Made by a program: the position numbers and the translations under genes | Source of the DNA: Candidatus Latescibacterota bacterium | GTDB taxonomy: Bacteria; Latescibacterota; UBA2968; UBA8231 | Assembly: GCA_965215195.1 (NCBI GenBank) | Contig: CBDCDC010000001.1 | Span: forward strand, 928,001-992,000 | Reading direction: 5' to 3' | Length of the DNA: 64,000 nt | The notes under the pieces: generated by a model | What the model was told of the DNA's origin: nothing | The model's database searches: none | What the model saw: only the letters and a program-made list of their open reading frames with translations | Shown: piece by piece, positions 1 to 8,971 of the stretch | Layout: each line of letters opens with the position of its first letter | Position numbering within the stretch: position 1 is the stretch's first letter

Positions 1-243
1 GTACCAAGCCTGCATCCGCAGCAGCATGTCCATACCCACGCCGAATGCCTTCTCGATGCGCAGCGCCATCTCCGGCGATAGCGCAGCGTTGCCGTTCAAC
101 AAGTCCGAAAGCGTTGCCCGCCGAACCCCCAGAATCTCGGCCGCCCTTGTCACGTTCAGACCCAGCTCCTCAATGATCTCCGTGCGAATGAAGTCCCCCG
201 GATGTGAAGGGGTCATGTTCACTTTGATGCCGTCGGTAGCCAT
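1..243 (-). CDS. higA: HigA/VapI-family HTH antitoxin (3' end runs off the window)
   Basis: Manual minus-strand translation from the ATG at 243: MATDGIKVNMTPSHPGDFIRTEIIEELGLNVTRAAEILGVRRATLSDLLNGNAALSPEMALRIEKAFG...LLRMQAWY. The HPG, HTH and SPEMALR motifs are typical of HigA. Not in the ORF track. Confidence 0.85.
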   Translation of the reverse strand, partial: MATDGIKVNMTPSHPGDFIRTEIIEELGLNVTRAAEILGVRRATLSDLLNGNAALSPEMALRIEKAFGVGMDMLLRMQAWY

Positions 244-251
244 TGATCGAC

Positions 252-1865
252 TCAGCAGTGCTTGCTGATAAATTCGCGGCTCATCCACTGCCCGAGCACG
301 TTCTGCGAACGGAGCAGCATCTTTTGGTAAGCGCGTTCTAAGTTCTTTTTATTTTTGGCGTTGGGCAGGGCGTTGTAACGGCCGCGGATTTGGGTGATGG
401 CGCGGCTGCGCGGATCGACGGCGATGGTGAGGATGCGGTGGCGGTGGCCTTTGCCGTCTTGTACGCCGAGGGACCAGATTGAGGTACTGCCGTTGCGGCA
501 GCTCTTGGCGTAGGTATAGACGCAGTGGCCCATTTCGCGGCCCTCGGCGCCCAGTTCGCGGTTGGAGAGCAACTCCTTTATGCTCCAAGTGAGGGTCTCG
601 CCGAGTTGCTTGTCCGCCTGCTTCATCTCGAATTCGCCAATACTCGAAGCTCCCCAAGACATGGGCCGGACGCGGCCCTTTTTGCCACCAGCGCGGCCTC
701 GCTCGGCCTCTGCATCGGGTAGCAGCACCTGCCGCGCCAGCGCTTCGTGCCACTCGTCAACTTGGCGCAACAGCTTGGGAATGCTGCGGCTGTTCATGGA
801 AAAGTTCGGCCGCGCCGGCGGCCTCTGCTCGACGCGACCGCCGGGCAGGGCGATTTGCTGGGGCACGTATTTCTGCTCGTGAATAAAATCGACGATGGGG
901 CCGACGTGGGCCGGGTCAAGCATGGGATTGTTGGCAAAAAACAGGATCGCGGTGGACCAGAAGTCCTCGTTTGCAAACGACTGGCCCAACCGGGTGGCAA
1001 TCACCGCCCGCGCCAACGCCGGACTGCCGCCTTGGCCCAGGACTTGGCCCCAGCGCAGGGCGTGAGCTATGGAGAGGTCGGCGGGGGCGGCGAGGAAGCA
1101 GTGGGCCGACTTCTTGCTCAAAGCGACCGGGAGGTCGGCCGTGCGGATGTTCTGCCCCGAGCCGATGTGTTTGAACCACGCCTGATGCAAACCCGCTTCT
1201 GGCATGGCTGCGGTGAAAAAGGCCGCGTCCATAAAAATGGGCACGTCGTAGCGGGCTAGCAGGTGGCCGGCGAGGTGGTGAAACTGCTTGCGGGGGTTGT
1301 GGCTTGGCGGCACCCACTCGGCCACCGGGCGCACCCAGTCTTCTGAGTGGCGAGCCAAGGCGGCCAAGCCGTCGATGAAGTTGTTGTGCGGGTGGGCAGC
1401 GAAAGCCGGGATGACCGGGTCGAGGCGAAACAGGTCGGCGCGGCGGGCGGCTTGGAGCAGAATATCGAGAAAGGCGCGGCGCGCCGGGCCGTAGGGAAAG
1501 GCGTTGAAGAGGCCGCGAATTTTGTAGAGGTAGTCGGCACCGAGCCGCCCCTTGGGGAGCGTACGGTCGTAGATCTGGCGAATGGTATTGGCTGGGCTGC
1601 GGGTTTGCTGGCGGGTGCGAGTGAGTGCGGCCTCGCCCTGTTGGCGGCGGGCGAGCTGGCGTTCCTTTTGGATTTGGCGATTGCTCTTGTGAAGTCCGTC
1701 GCCCAAACCGCGCTTGCGGCACCAGGCCCGGTACTCATCCTCAGATTGGAGGCCCAAGGCGCGGATGTGGCTTCTGAGGTTGGCGCGGTTGTGGGCTCGC
1801 TCGATCTCGCTGCGGACATTTCTTTTGCGGCGGCGCGCCATAGCCAAGTCCCAGTTTGAGGGCAC
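252..1865 (-). CDS. PcfJ-like domain protein
   Basis: 537-aa ORF with the C-terminal ELLSNRELGAEGREMGHCVYTY...IWSL...TIAV...QIRGRYN pattern of PcfJ domains. True start may be ATG 1841. Confidence 0.7.
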   Translation of the reverse strand: MPSNWDLAMARRRKRNVRSEIERAHNRANLRSHIRALGLQSEDEYRAWCRKRGLGDGLHKSNRQIQKERQLARRQQGEAALTRTRQQTRSPANTIRQIYDRTLPKGRLGADYLYKIRGLFNAFPYGPARRAFLDILLQAARRADLFRLDPVIPAFAAHPHNNFIDGLAALARHSEDWVRPVAEWVPPSHNPRKQFHHLAGHLLARYDVPIFMDAAFFTAAMPEAGLHQAWFKHIGSGQNIRTADLPVALSKKSAHCFLAAPADLSIAHALRWGQVLGQGGSPALARAVIATRLGQSFANEDFWSTAILFFANNPMLDPAHVGPIVDFIHEQKYVPQQIALPGGRVEQRPPARPNFSMNSRSIPKLLRQVDEWHEALARQVLLPDAEAERGRAGGKKGRVRPMSWGASSIGEFEMKQADKQLGETLTWSIKELLSNRELGAEGREMGHCVYTYAKSCRNGSTSIWSLGVQDGKGHRHRILTIAVDPRSRAITQIRGRYNALPNAKNKKNLERAYQKMLLRSQNVLGQWMSREFISKHC

Positions 1866-2007
1866 TCCTTAATGAGTCGCACCGCTAGTATAATGTCAAC
1901 AGTCAGCGCAGCCGATAGAGCAAGGCGGCCGCCGCTGCCGCGCCGCTTGCCCGCGCCGGCGGCGGCGGTTTAATTTGCTCTTATCAACAACCCAACGCGA
2001 CGCGCCC

Positions 2008-2655
2008 ATGCTAGATTGCAATCCGATCCCGCTCTTTCCCCTGCCGATAGTCGTCTTCCCCGGCCAAATCGTACCCCTGCACATATTTGAGCCGCGCTAC
2101 AAGCAGATGCTCGCCGATGTGCGGATGGCTGACGAGCGCGGCGAGACCCTGCCCATTGGCATGATTCTGGGGGAAGACCGCGAGGTGCAGGGCGAGGTGG
2201 GCTGCGCGATGCTGTTGGCCAAAGTACTCGACGAGTTCGACGATGGCCGACTCAACGTCATCGTCCGCGGCGTGCGGCGCTTTCGCATCGCTCGCATTGC
2301 CGAGCATAAGCCCTACTTAGAGGCGTGGGTAGAGTACGTAGATGACGCTGAGGAGCCAACGGATCCAGTGCTCTTGGCCAAGGCCATTGCGACCCTAGAG
2401 CACTTGATGAAGCAACTCGAGGAAGTAACCGGCGCGCGAATTGAAATAGGGCCTCTGCAAAACGCCTTTCAAATCGCCCAAGGCCTTGACCTAGGGATCA
2501 AGCAACAACTGCTCGAAATGACGACTGAAAATGGCCGCCTACACGCGCTCTGCGAGTACTTTGAGCAAATAATTCCCCAGCTGGAGACCGAGCGCAAGCT
2601 CCATCGTCTCGCGTCCTCCAACGGGCACACCGAGGGCCATGGAGCAGGCCCTTAG
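2008..2655 (+). CDS. Lon protease N-terminal (substrate-binding) domain protein
   Basis: IPLFPLPIVVFPG..VPLHIFEPRYKQM and GRLNVIVRGVRRFRI motifs; no ATPase or protease domain. Confidence 0.85.
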   Translation: MLDCNPIPLFPLPIVVFPGQIVPLHIFEPRYKQMLADVRMADERGETLPIGMILGEDREVQGEVGCAMLLAKVLDEFDDGRLNVIVRGVRRFRIARIAEHKPYLEAWVEYVDDAEEPTDPVLLAKAIATLEHLMKQLEEVTGARIEIGPLQNAFQIAQGLDLGIKQQLLEMTTENGRLHALCEYFEQIIPQLETERKLHRLASSNGHTEGHGAGP

Positions 2656-3317
2656 TCGGCTTCGACGAAGATACAACCGGCCACTTCCAGCCCCAGCGAC
2701 ACCTCCTTGGCGGCACCGATCTTCAACTGCATCGGGCCGTTAAAGGGCGCTTTGGCAGTGACTTCGACCCGGGTGCCCAAGAGCAATTGCAAATTTTCCA
2801 TATAGCGCAGCATTTGGGGGTTGCGGTCGCTTACCCGGCGGATGACGGCCGACTGACCGTCTTGTAGCTCGGAGAGACGGCGGTACTTCGGGTGCGCGAT
2901 CTGGCCTTGCTTGGTGGGGATTGGCTCGCCGTGGGCGCCGATGGTCGGATAGCCCAAAGCCTCGTCAATGCGATCTTCAAACTCCTCGGAAATGGCGTGC
3001 TCCAAGCGGTCGGCCTCGGCGTCGATCTGGTCCCAAGAATAGCCCAAAGCTTGGCTGAGGTACAGCTCGATCAAGCGGTGATGGCGAATGGTCTCCAAGG
3101 CGATCTTCTCGCCGCTGGCCGTTAGCTCAACCCCTTGGTACGGCGTGTAAATGAGCAGATTCAGCTCGGCGAGTTTCTTGATCATGTTCGTCGCCGAGGC
3201 CGCGGCCACTTCCATGCGGCCGGCAATCACCGAGGTGGTGACGCGCCCGCCAAGCTCGTCGCTGTGCTGCAATTTGTAGATGGTCTTGAGATAATCCTCA
3301 ATAGCCTGAGTAAGCAA
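2652..3317 (-). CDS. mntR: DtxR/MntR-family metal-dependent repressor with C-terminal FeoA/SH3-like domain
   Basis: EDYLKTIY, RHHRLIELYL, EADRLEH and HGEPIP motifs; divergent from a metal ABC operon. Confidence 0.9.
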   Translation of the reverse strand: MLTQAIEDYLKTIYKLQHSDELGGRVTTSVIAGRMEVAAASATNMIKKLAELNLLIYTPYQGVELTASGEKIALETIRHHRLIELYLSQALGYSWDQIDAEADRLEHAISEEFEDRIDEALGYPTIGAHGEPIPTKQGQIAHPKYRRLSELQDGQSAVIRRVSDRNPQMLRYMENLQLLLGTRVEVTAKAPFNGPMQLKIGAAKEVSLGLEVAGCIFVEAD

Positions 3318-3384
3318 TCCCCTTACCTCCGAGGTATGTGCCTTGCTTTTTAAGATAGGACCAAAAATAGATTTAGCAATGATC

Positions 3385-3412
3385 TTGACAATTTTTTAGC
3401 CATAACTAAATT
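3385..3412 (+). promoter_or_regulatory. Sigma70-type promoter of the metal ABC operon overlapped by a candidate MntR/DtxR operator
   Basis: TTGACA (3385-3390), 16-nt spacer, TAAATT (3407-3412). Palindrome TTTAG-N6-CTAAA (3395-3410) in an AT-rich stretch between mntR and the SBP gene. Confidence 0.65.
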
Positions 3413-3425
3413 TTTTATTTTGAAC

Positions 3426-3536
3426 CTTAGTACACGACCCCTAAAGTAGGCGACCCTTACTTTGAGTATGCCTTTTCTGCTGTTACCGATGGGTCCGGGA
3501 TCCTTGGCAGGCTGAGGGCTGGTGTCGGGTAGTAAG
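3426..3536. mobile_element. MITE family A (111 bp), 9-bp target-site duplication
   Basis: Left end CTTAGTACACGACCCC versus reverse complement of right end CTTACTACCCGACACC (13/16 match). Flanked by direct repeat ATTTTGAAC (3417-3425 and 3537-3545). The same left end recurs at 54113. Confidence 0.7.
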
Positions 3537-3553
3537 ATTTTGAACTAAAATCA

Positions 3554-3747
3554 CTGACGTTACGCAGCCTTGCGATTTCTTGGTTTGTGTCCAAGCGATC
3601 CTGCCGCTCTGTTCGCGCAGCGGGCGCGAGGCTGGAGGCACACCTAAAAGCCTGCGTACGCGGGAAGGACGAACGCCCTGTCCGGCGCAGGCACTGGATT
3701 TGGACGCGGGAAGCCGCAGACGGTACATAGAGCCTGCGTAACATCAG
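3554..3747. mobile_element. MITE family B (194 bp), 8-bp target-site duplication
   Basis: TIRs CTGACGTTACGCAG (3554-3567) and CTGCGTAACATCAG (3734-3747), 13/14 match. Flanked by TAAAATCA (3546-3553 and 3748-3755). A further TIR copy lies at 10351-10364. Confidence 0.85.
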
Positions 3748-3768
3748 TAAAATCATAGGCAAGAAACC

Positions 3769-4665
3769 ATGCCCTATATTCTCATGTTGTTGTGCGCTTT
3801 GGCTTGCGACGCGCCCGAGCGCGGAGACGGGCGGATCGAGGTGGTGTGTACCACCGGGATGGTGGCTGACCTCGCCCGGCATGTCGGCGGCGACCGCATC
3901 GCGGTTGTCGGGATGATGGGCCCGGGCGTTGATCCGCATTACTACAAGGCGTCGCAAGGCGATTTGGCCAAGCTGACGGCGGCGGATTTGATTCTCTTCA
4001 ACGGCCTTTTTCTCGAAGGCAAGATGGAAGACATCTTCGCCAAAATGGCCCGCCGCAAGCAGGTGTTGGCCGTGGCCGAGCAAATACCAGCAGAGCGCTT
4101 GCTGCGCCCCCCGGAATTTGCCGGCAACTTCGATCCCCATATATGGTTCGACGTATCGCTGTGGGCGCAGACGATAGAGCCAGTCGTGGCCCGCCTGAGC
4201 GCACTGGACCCGGACGGGGCGGCGGTCTATCGCCAGAACGGCGCGCGCTACCGGGAGCGCCTCGACGCGCTGCACCAGTGGGTCGTTGAACAGGTCGAGC
4301 TGCTGCCGGAGGCCAGCCGCGTGCTGATTACGGCTCACGACGCCTTTGGCTACTTTGGCCGAGCCTACGGAGTGGAGGTCGTCGGCCTGCAAGGCATTTC
4401 CACGGTGGCCGATTACGGGGTCAACGACGTCACCCAGCTCGTCGATCTGATCGTGGAGCGCGAGGTCAAGGCCATCTTCGTCGAGAGCAGCGTGCCCGTG
4501 CGCTCAATTGAGGCCGTGCGCGAAGGGTGCTTGGACCGCGGCTTCCAAGTGGAAATAGGCGGCACCCTGTACTCGGATGCCATGGGGGCGGCCGGCAGCG
4601 GTGCCGACACGTATGTGGGCATGGTCGAAAGCAATGTCAACACTATTGTGGGAGCCTTGCGGTGA
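3769..4665 (+). CDS. troA: Mn/Zn/Fe ABC transporter substrate-binding lipoprotein (TroA/MntA family)
   Basis: [26 protein letters not shown] and LYSDAMG metal-ligand motifs; lipobox-like ALAC. Confidence 0.9.
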   Translation: MPYILMLLCALACDAPERGDGRIEVVCTTGMVADLARHVGGDRIAVVGMMGPGVDPHYYKASQGDLAKLTAADLILFNGLFLEGKMEDIFAKMARRKQVLAVAEQIPAERLLRPPEFAGNFDPHIWFDVSLWAQTIEPVVARLSALDPDGAAVYRQNGARYRERLDALHQWVVEQVELLPEASRVLITAHDAFGYFGRAYGVEVVGLQGISTVADYGVNDVTQLVDLIVEREVKAIFVESSVPVRSIEAVREGCLDRGFQVEIGGTLYSDAMGAAGSGADTYVGMVESNVNTIVGALR

Positions 4666-5432
4666 GCGGTCTCCATCCCATCCAGATCCACGACATGACC
4701 ATTGCCTACCACAAGAAGCCGGTGCTGTGGGACGTGGATCTCGATGTGCCCGAAGGGCAACTCGTGGGCATCATCGGCCCCAACGGCTCGGGCAAAAGCA
4801 CCATGATCAAGGCCATTATGGACCTCGTACCCAAGGCGTCGGGGTGGGTCAAGATCTACGGCGAGGACTACGGCCAGATGCGCAAGATCATCGGCTATGT
4901 GCCGCAGCGCGAGTCCGTGGATTGGGACTTCCCGATCAGCGCGCTTGACGTGGTGCTGATGGGCCGCTACGGCCACGTGGGGTGGATGCGGCGGCCGAGC
5001 AAGGCGGATCGCCGCTTGGCTTGGGCGGCCCTCGACGAGGTGGGCATGGCCCCCTTTGCCGAGCGGCAGATCAGCCAGCTATCGGGCGGTCAGCAGCAGC
5101 GGGTCTTTCTCGCCCGCGCCTTGGCCCAAGAGGCCCGCATCTACATCATGGACGAGCCGTTTGCCGGGGTGGATGCGGCGACCGAGCGCGCGATCATCGC
5201 CAGCCTAGTTGCCCTGCGCCAGCAGGGAAAAACCATCTTGGTCGTGCATCACGACTTGCAGACCGTAACCGAATACTTCGACTGGGTCATCATGCTCAAC
5301 ATGCGGGTCGTGGCCTCCGGCCCCACCCGCGAGGTCTTTACCGACGACAATCTGCAAAAGACCTACGGGGGCCGGCTGACCGTGCTGTCGCAGGCCGCCC
5401 AAGCCATGGCCGAGCAGCGGCGCGAGGGCTGA
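4662..5432 (+). CDS. troB: Metal ABC transporter ATPase (TroB/MntB family)
   Basis: [26 protein letters not shown] and VHHDL motifs; GTG start overlaps the troA stop. Confidence 0.9.
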   Translation: MSGLHPIQIHDMTIAYHKKPVLWDVDLDVPEGQLVGIIGPNGSGKSTMIKAIMDLVPKASGWVKIYGEDYGQMRKIIGYVPQRESVDWDFPISALDVVLMGRYGHVGWMRRPSKADRRLAWAALDEVGMAPFAERQISQLSGGQQQRVFLARALAQEARIYIMDEPFAGVDAATERAIIASLVALRQQGKTILVVHHDLQTVTEYFDWVIMLNMRVVASGPTREVFTDDNLQKTYGGRLTVLSQAAQAMAEQRREG

Positions 5433-5434
5433 AG

Positions 5435-6763
5435 ATGCTCGTCGAAAACGCCCTGCGCTTCTTGAGCTTGGCCGACGCCAACGTGCGCTTCGTGCTCTTT
5501 GGCTCCCTGCTGATTGGCGCGACCGGCGGGCTGCTGGGGTCGTTTGCGGTGTTGCGGCGGCGGAGCCTCGTCGGCGATGCGCTAGCGCACGCGGCCCTGC
5601 CCGGGGTGGCGTTGGCCTATCTGTGGACCGGGAGCAAGGCCCTGCCGGTGCTGCTGACGGGCGCGGCCATTTCCGGGGTGCTCGGGGTGTTGGTGATGCA
5701 GTTCATCATCAACTTTACCCGCGTCAAGGCGGATTCGGCCATCGGCATTGTCCTGTCGGTATTTTTCGGGGTGGGGATCGTGCTGTTGACCCACGTCCAG
5801 CGGGTCGGCACGGGCAATCAGAGCGGCTTGGACAAGTTCCTCTTTGGTCAGGCGGCCTCGCTGGTGGATGACGACCTGCGCGTCATGAGCGTACTGGCCG
5901 GCCTCATCATCCTCGCGGTGGCCTTGTTTTTTAAGGAATTCAAGGCCCTGATTTTCGACGCGGACTTTTTGCAGACGCTCGGGTACTCGGCCCGCTGGAT
6001 CGACGCCTTGCTGATGGGGCTGATCGCCCTGACGGTGATCGTGGGCTTGCAGGCCGTAGGCGTGGTGCTGATTGCGGCCATGCTCATCACGCCGGCCGTG
6101 GCGGCTCGCTTTTGGACCGAGCAGTTGCACAAGATGGTGCTGCTCGCCGCTGCTTTTGGGGGCTTGGCCGGGGTCGTCGGCACCTTCATCAGCTCCTTGG
6201 TGCCGCGGGTTCCCACCGGCCCGGTGATGGTGCTCATTGCCACCTTGTGCTTTGTGGTGTCGGCCCTTTGCGCGCCTCGGCGGGGGGTGTTGGCGCGGTG
6301 GCGCCGGCAGCGGCACAACAGCCGCCGCGAGAGCCAGCAGCACTTTTTGCGCGCCTGCGTCGAGCTGCAAGAGAAGCTGGCGACGAGCCGCTCCTTGGCC
6401 GTGGAGGAGCTGGCCATTGAGATGGGCCTGTCGCCGGACCGGGTCAAACGCCTCGGGCAGCGGCTCGCCAACAAGGGGCTGGTCTCCCAGCAGGACGGGC
6501 GTTTCGCCCTGACGGCCCTAGGCGCGGAGGAAGGGCTTTTCGTGGTTAAATCGCACCGCCTGTGGGAACACTATTTGTACTATCGGGCCATACTCGACGC
6601 CGATCACGTGGATCGGCCGGCCGACGAAGTCGAGCACTTGCTGACGCCGGAAATCATCGCCCAGCTAGAGGACATCCTCCAGCGCGAGCAAGGGCTGGAC
6701 CCGGCCCGGATCGTCAATATCCACGGCACCGGCAGTCACTACCGCCGGGGAGGCCGCGAATGA
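5435..6763 (+). CDS. Metal ABC permease fused to a C-terminal DtxR-type HTH/metal-binding domain (TroC/YtgCR-like)
   Basis: SLVGDALAHAALPG permease motif and multiple TM helices; C-terminal SHRLWEHYL...PADEVEH. Confidence 0.88.
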   Translation: MLVENALRFLSLADANVRFVLFGSLLIGATGGLLGSFAVLRRRSLVGDALAHAALPGVALAYLWTGSKALPVLLTGAAISGVLGVLVMQFIINFTRVKADSAIGIVLSVFFGVGIVLLTHVQRVGTGNQSGLDKFLFGQAASLVDDDLRVMSVLAGLIILAVALFFKEFKALIFDADFLQTLGYSARWIDALLMGLIALTVIVGLQAVGVVLIAAMLITPAVAARFWTEQLHKMVLLAAAFGGLAGVVGTFISSLVPRVPTGPVMVLIATLCFVVSALCAPRRGVLARWRRQRHNSRRESQQHFLRACVELQEKLATSRSLAVEELAIEMGLSPDRVKRLGQRLANKGLVSQQDGRFALTALGAEEGLFVVKSHRLWEHYLYYRAILDADHVDRPADEVEHLLTPEIIAQLEDILQREQGLDPARIVNIHGTGSHYRRGGRE

Positions 6764-8034
6764 TCGAAGGGGCCTTCTGGATCGTGCTCACCGGCGCGTT
6801 GGTCACCGCGTCCTGCGCCCTGTTGGGCACCTTTTTGGTGCTGCGCAAAATGTCGCTGTTGGGCGATGCTCTGAGCCACGCCGTGCTGCCGGGGATTGCC
6901 GTGGCCTTCCTGCTGTCGGGCAGCCGCGCGGTCCTGCCGATGTTTTTGGGTGCGGCCGCCTTCGGCTTGCTGACTGCGCTATTGGTTGAGTCGTTGCACC
7001 GGCGGTGGCGCGTGCAAGAGGACGCGGCCATCGGCATTGTGTTTACCGCGCTTTTCGCGCTGGGCGTGGTGATCATTACCGCGTATGCCGGTCAAGTCGA
7101 TCTCGATCAGGAGTGCGTGCTCTACGGCGAGATCGCCTATACCCCTTGGGATTTGTTGCTGTGGGGCGACGAGTCGCTGGGGCCGCGGCCGGTGTGGATA
7201 TTGGGCGCGGTGCTGGCGATTAATTTGACTGTGATCGCGCTCTTGTACAAGGAGTTCAAGATCGCTGCGTTCGATCCGGCCATGGCCATGTCGGTGGGGA
7301 TCAACGCCGCCCTGATGCACTATCTCTTGATGGGGTTGGTCGCCCTGACGACGGTGGCGTCGTTTGAGTCCGTCGGTGCGATTTTGGTCGTGGCCATGCT
7401 GATCGTGCCCGGGGCCGCCGCCTATTTGTGGAGCGACCGGCTCATCGCGGTACTGGGGTTGGCCGTGGTCTTTGGGGTGGCCTCGGCCGTGGCGGGTTAC
7501 TTTTTGGCCAGCTTCTGGAATAGCTCCATCGCTGGGGCCATGGTAGTGGTCATTGGCGGGATATTTCTCTTTTCCCTGCTTTTTTCGCCCAATCAGGGCG
7601 TGTTGGCGCGGATCTATCAGCGCGTGCGGCTGTCGCTACAAGTGGCGCAAGATCACATGCTGCTCGCGCTGGCGCGGCGCGCGGAGGAGGCCGAGTGCGC
7701 TGGGCTGCGGCCGGCCGAGCTGGTGGCGGCCGCAGCCGTTTGGAGCCTACTGGCGCGGCTGGCGTTTGGCGACCTGCGGCGGCGGCAACTGCTGGTACAG
7801 GCGAATGGCTTGATCGAATTGTCTGCCAAGGGCCAACAAATCGCGCTGCGCCTGTTGCGCCATCACCGGCTTTGGGAGACCTATATGAGCCATCTGGGGC
7901 TGCCCAAAGACCACGTCCACGACCCGGCCGACGCGATTGAGCACTTCATTGGCCGCGAGCTGGCCGCCGAGTTGGGCGCGGAAATCAGCGACGCGCAAGA
8001 CCCGCAGGGCAAGCAAATCCCGCCCTCTAATTGA
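6760..8034 (+). CDS. Metal ABC permease fused to a C-terminal DtxR-type domain (TroD-like)
   Basis: SLLGDALSHAVLPG and VDLDQECVLYGEI; C-terminal RHHRLWETYM...PADAIEH...DPQGKQIP. Confidence 0.88.
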   Translation: MIEGAFWIVLTGALVTASCALLGTFLVLRKMSLLGDALSHAVLPGIAVAFLLSGSRAVLPMFLGAAAFGLLTALLVESLHRRWRVQEDAAIGIVFTALFALGVVIITAYAGQVDLDQECVLYGEIAYTPWDLLLWGDESLGPRPVWILGAVLAINLTVIALLYKEFKIAAFDPAMAMSVGINAALMHYLLMGLVALTTVASFESVGAILVVAMLIVPGAAAYLWSDRLIAVLGLAVVFGVASAVAGYFLASFWNSSIAGAMVVVIGGIFLFSLLFSPNQGVLARIYQRVRLSLQVAQDHMLLALARRAEEAECAGLRPAELVAAAAVWSLLARLAFGDLRRRQLLVQANGLIELSAKGQQIALRLLRHHRLWETYMSHLGLPKDHVHDPADAIEHFIGRELAAELGAEISDAQDPQGKQIPPSN

Positions 8035-8047
8035 TGCCGAGGCCAGC

Positions 8048-8647
8048 GTGATCCGGCTGAAGAGCAAAGATGCAGATATCAAGCGAACCTATGCGCGGGA
8101 TCTATGGGCTTCGGTGGGGTTTGTGGTTCTGTTACTCGCCGCAGTGGTGGCGCTTGATCCGCAGATTGTGTTCGACGCGAAAAGGCCCGTGCAACGGCCC
8201 GCGACCATTGAGCTGGAACTCGTTCCCGAGACCGAGATGCGGCTGCCCTTGCCGCCGCCGGTCCGGCGCATTGAGCCGGTGGCGTACGCGCCGGCCGTGC
8301 GTGCGCATAAACTGCCGCCGCCCGTGGTGGCGACCGAGTTTCCTTTGGAGGAGGAAGTGGAGGCCGCGGAGTTGTGGATGGTGGAGCAGCCGCCGAAAGT
8401 GCTCAAGAAGGTTCTGCCGGTCTATCCCGACCGTGCGCGGAGTGCATTGGTGGAGGGCAAGGTCTTTGTGCGGGTGTTAGTGAATCGGGAGGGGCGGGTC
8501 GAGCGCATCGACCGCATTGAGGGGCCGCAGGTCTTCCAACGCGCGGTGGCCCAGGCCGCCAAGGCTTGGGAGTTCGCGCCGGCCGTGCAAAACGACCGCG
8601 CCGTCCCGGTGTGGGTCAGCTTGCCGTTTGTGTTCGAGCTGGAGTAA
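8048..8647 (+). CDS. Energy transducer TonB-family protein
   Basis: N-terminal TM helix, Pro-rich linker, and PVYPDRAR...EGKVFVRVLVNREGRV...WEFAPA...VPVWVSLPFVF TonB C-terminal domain. GTG start inferred. Confidence 0.8.
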   Translation: MIRLKSKDADIKRTYARDLWASVGFVVLLLAAVVALDPQIVFDAKRPVQRPATIELELVPETEMRLPLPPPVRRIEPVAYAPAVRAHKLPPPVVATEFPLEEEVEAAELWMVEQPPKVLKKVLPVYPDRARSALVEGKVFVRVLVNREGRVERIDRIEGPQVFQRAVAQAAKAWEFAPAVQNDRAVPVWVSLPFVFELE

Positions 8648-8971
8648 TCAGCCGCCGGTGCGCTTGGCCTGATAGCCGCGCTTGGCTAGCTCGGCGAGCA
8701 CGACATCCACTTTGTCCCCCTGAATTTCTATTACGCGATCGACGACCGACCCGCCGCTGCCGCACTTGCGCTTGAGTTCGGAGGCGAGGGCCTTGAGTTC
8801 GGCGGCCGACAGCCGCAGGCCCGAGATGGTGGTCGCGGTCTTGCCGGCGCGGCCCTTTTTCTCGCGGCGCACGCGGGCGATGCCGTCGCCAGTGGGGGCG
8901 GCGGCTTGCTGTTTCGGCTGGGGTACGCGGCCGGTATCAGAGGAATACACGAGGCGGCTATTTTTGGCCAT
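8648..8971 (-). CDS. yciH: SUI1/YciH translation initiation factor-like protein
   Basis: LVYSSDTGR, RREKKGRAGK, LKRKCGSGGSV and IEIQGD motifs. Confidence 0.92.
   Translation of the reverse strand: MAKNSRLVYSSDTGRVPQPKQQAAAPTGDGIARVRREKKGRAGKTATTISGLRLSAAELKALASELKRKCGSGGSVVDRVIEIQGDKVDVVLAELAKRGYQAKRTGG

Noticed and set aside
3420-3768. Possible metal-sensing riboswitch (yybP-ykoY) or sRNA in the long troA leader
   Set aside because: The length is explained by two TIR/TSD-bounded insertions, and no riboswitch consensus was recognised.
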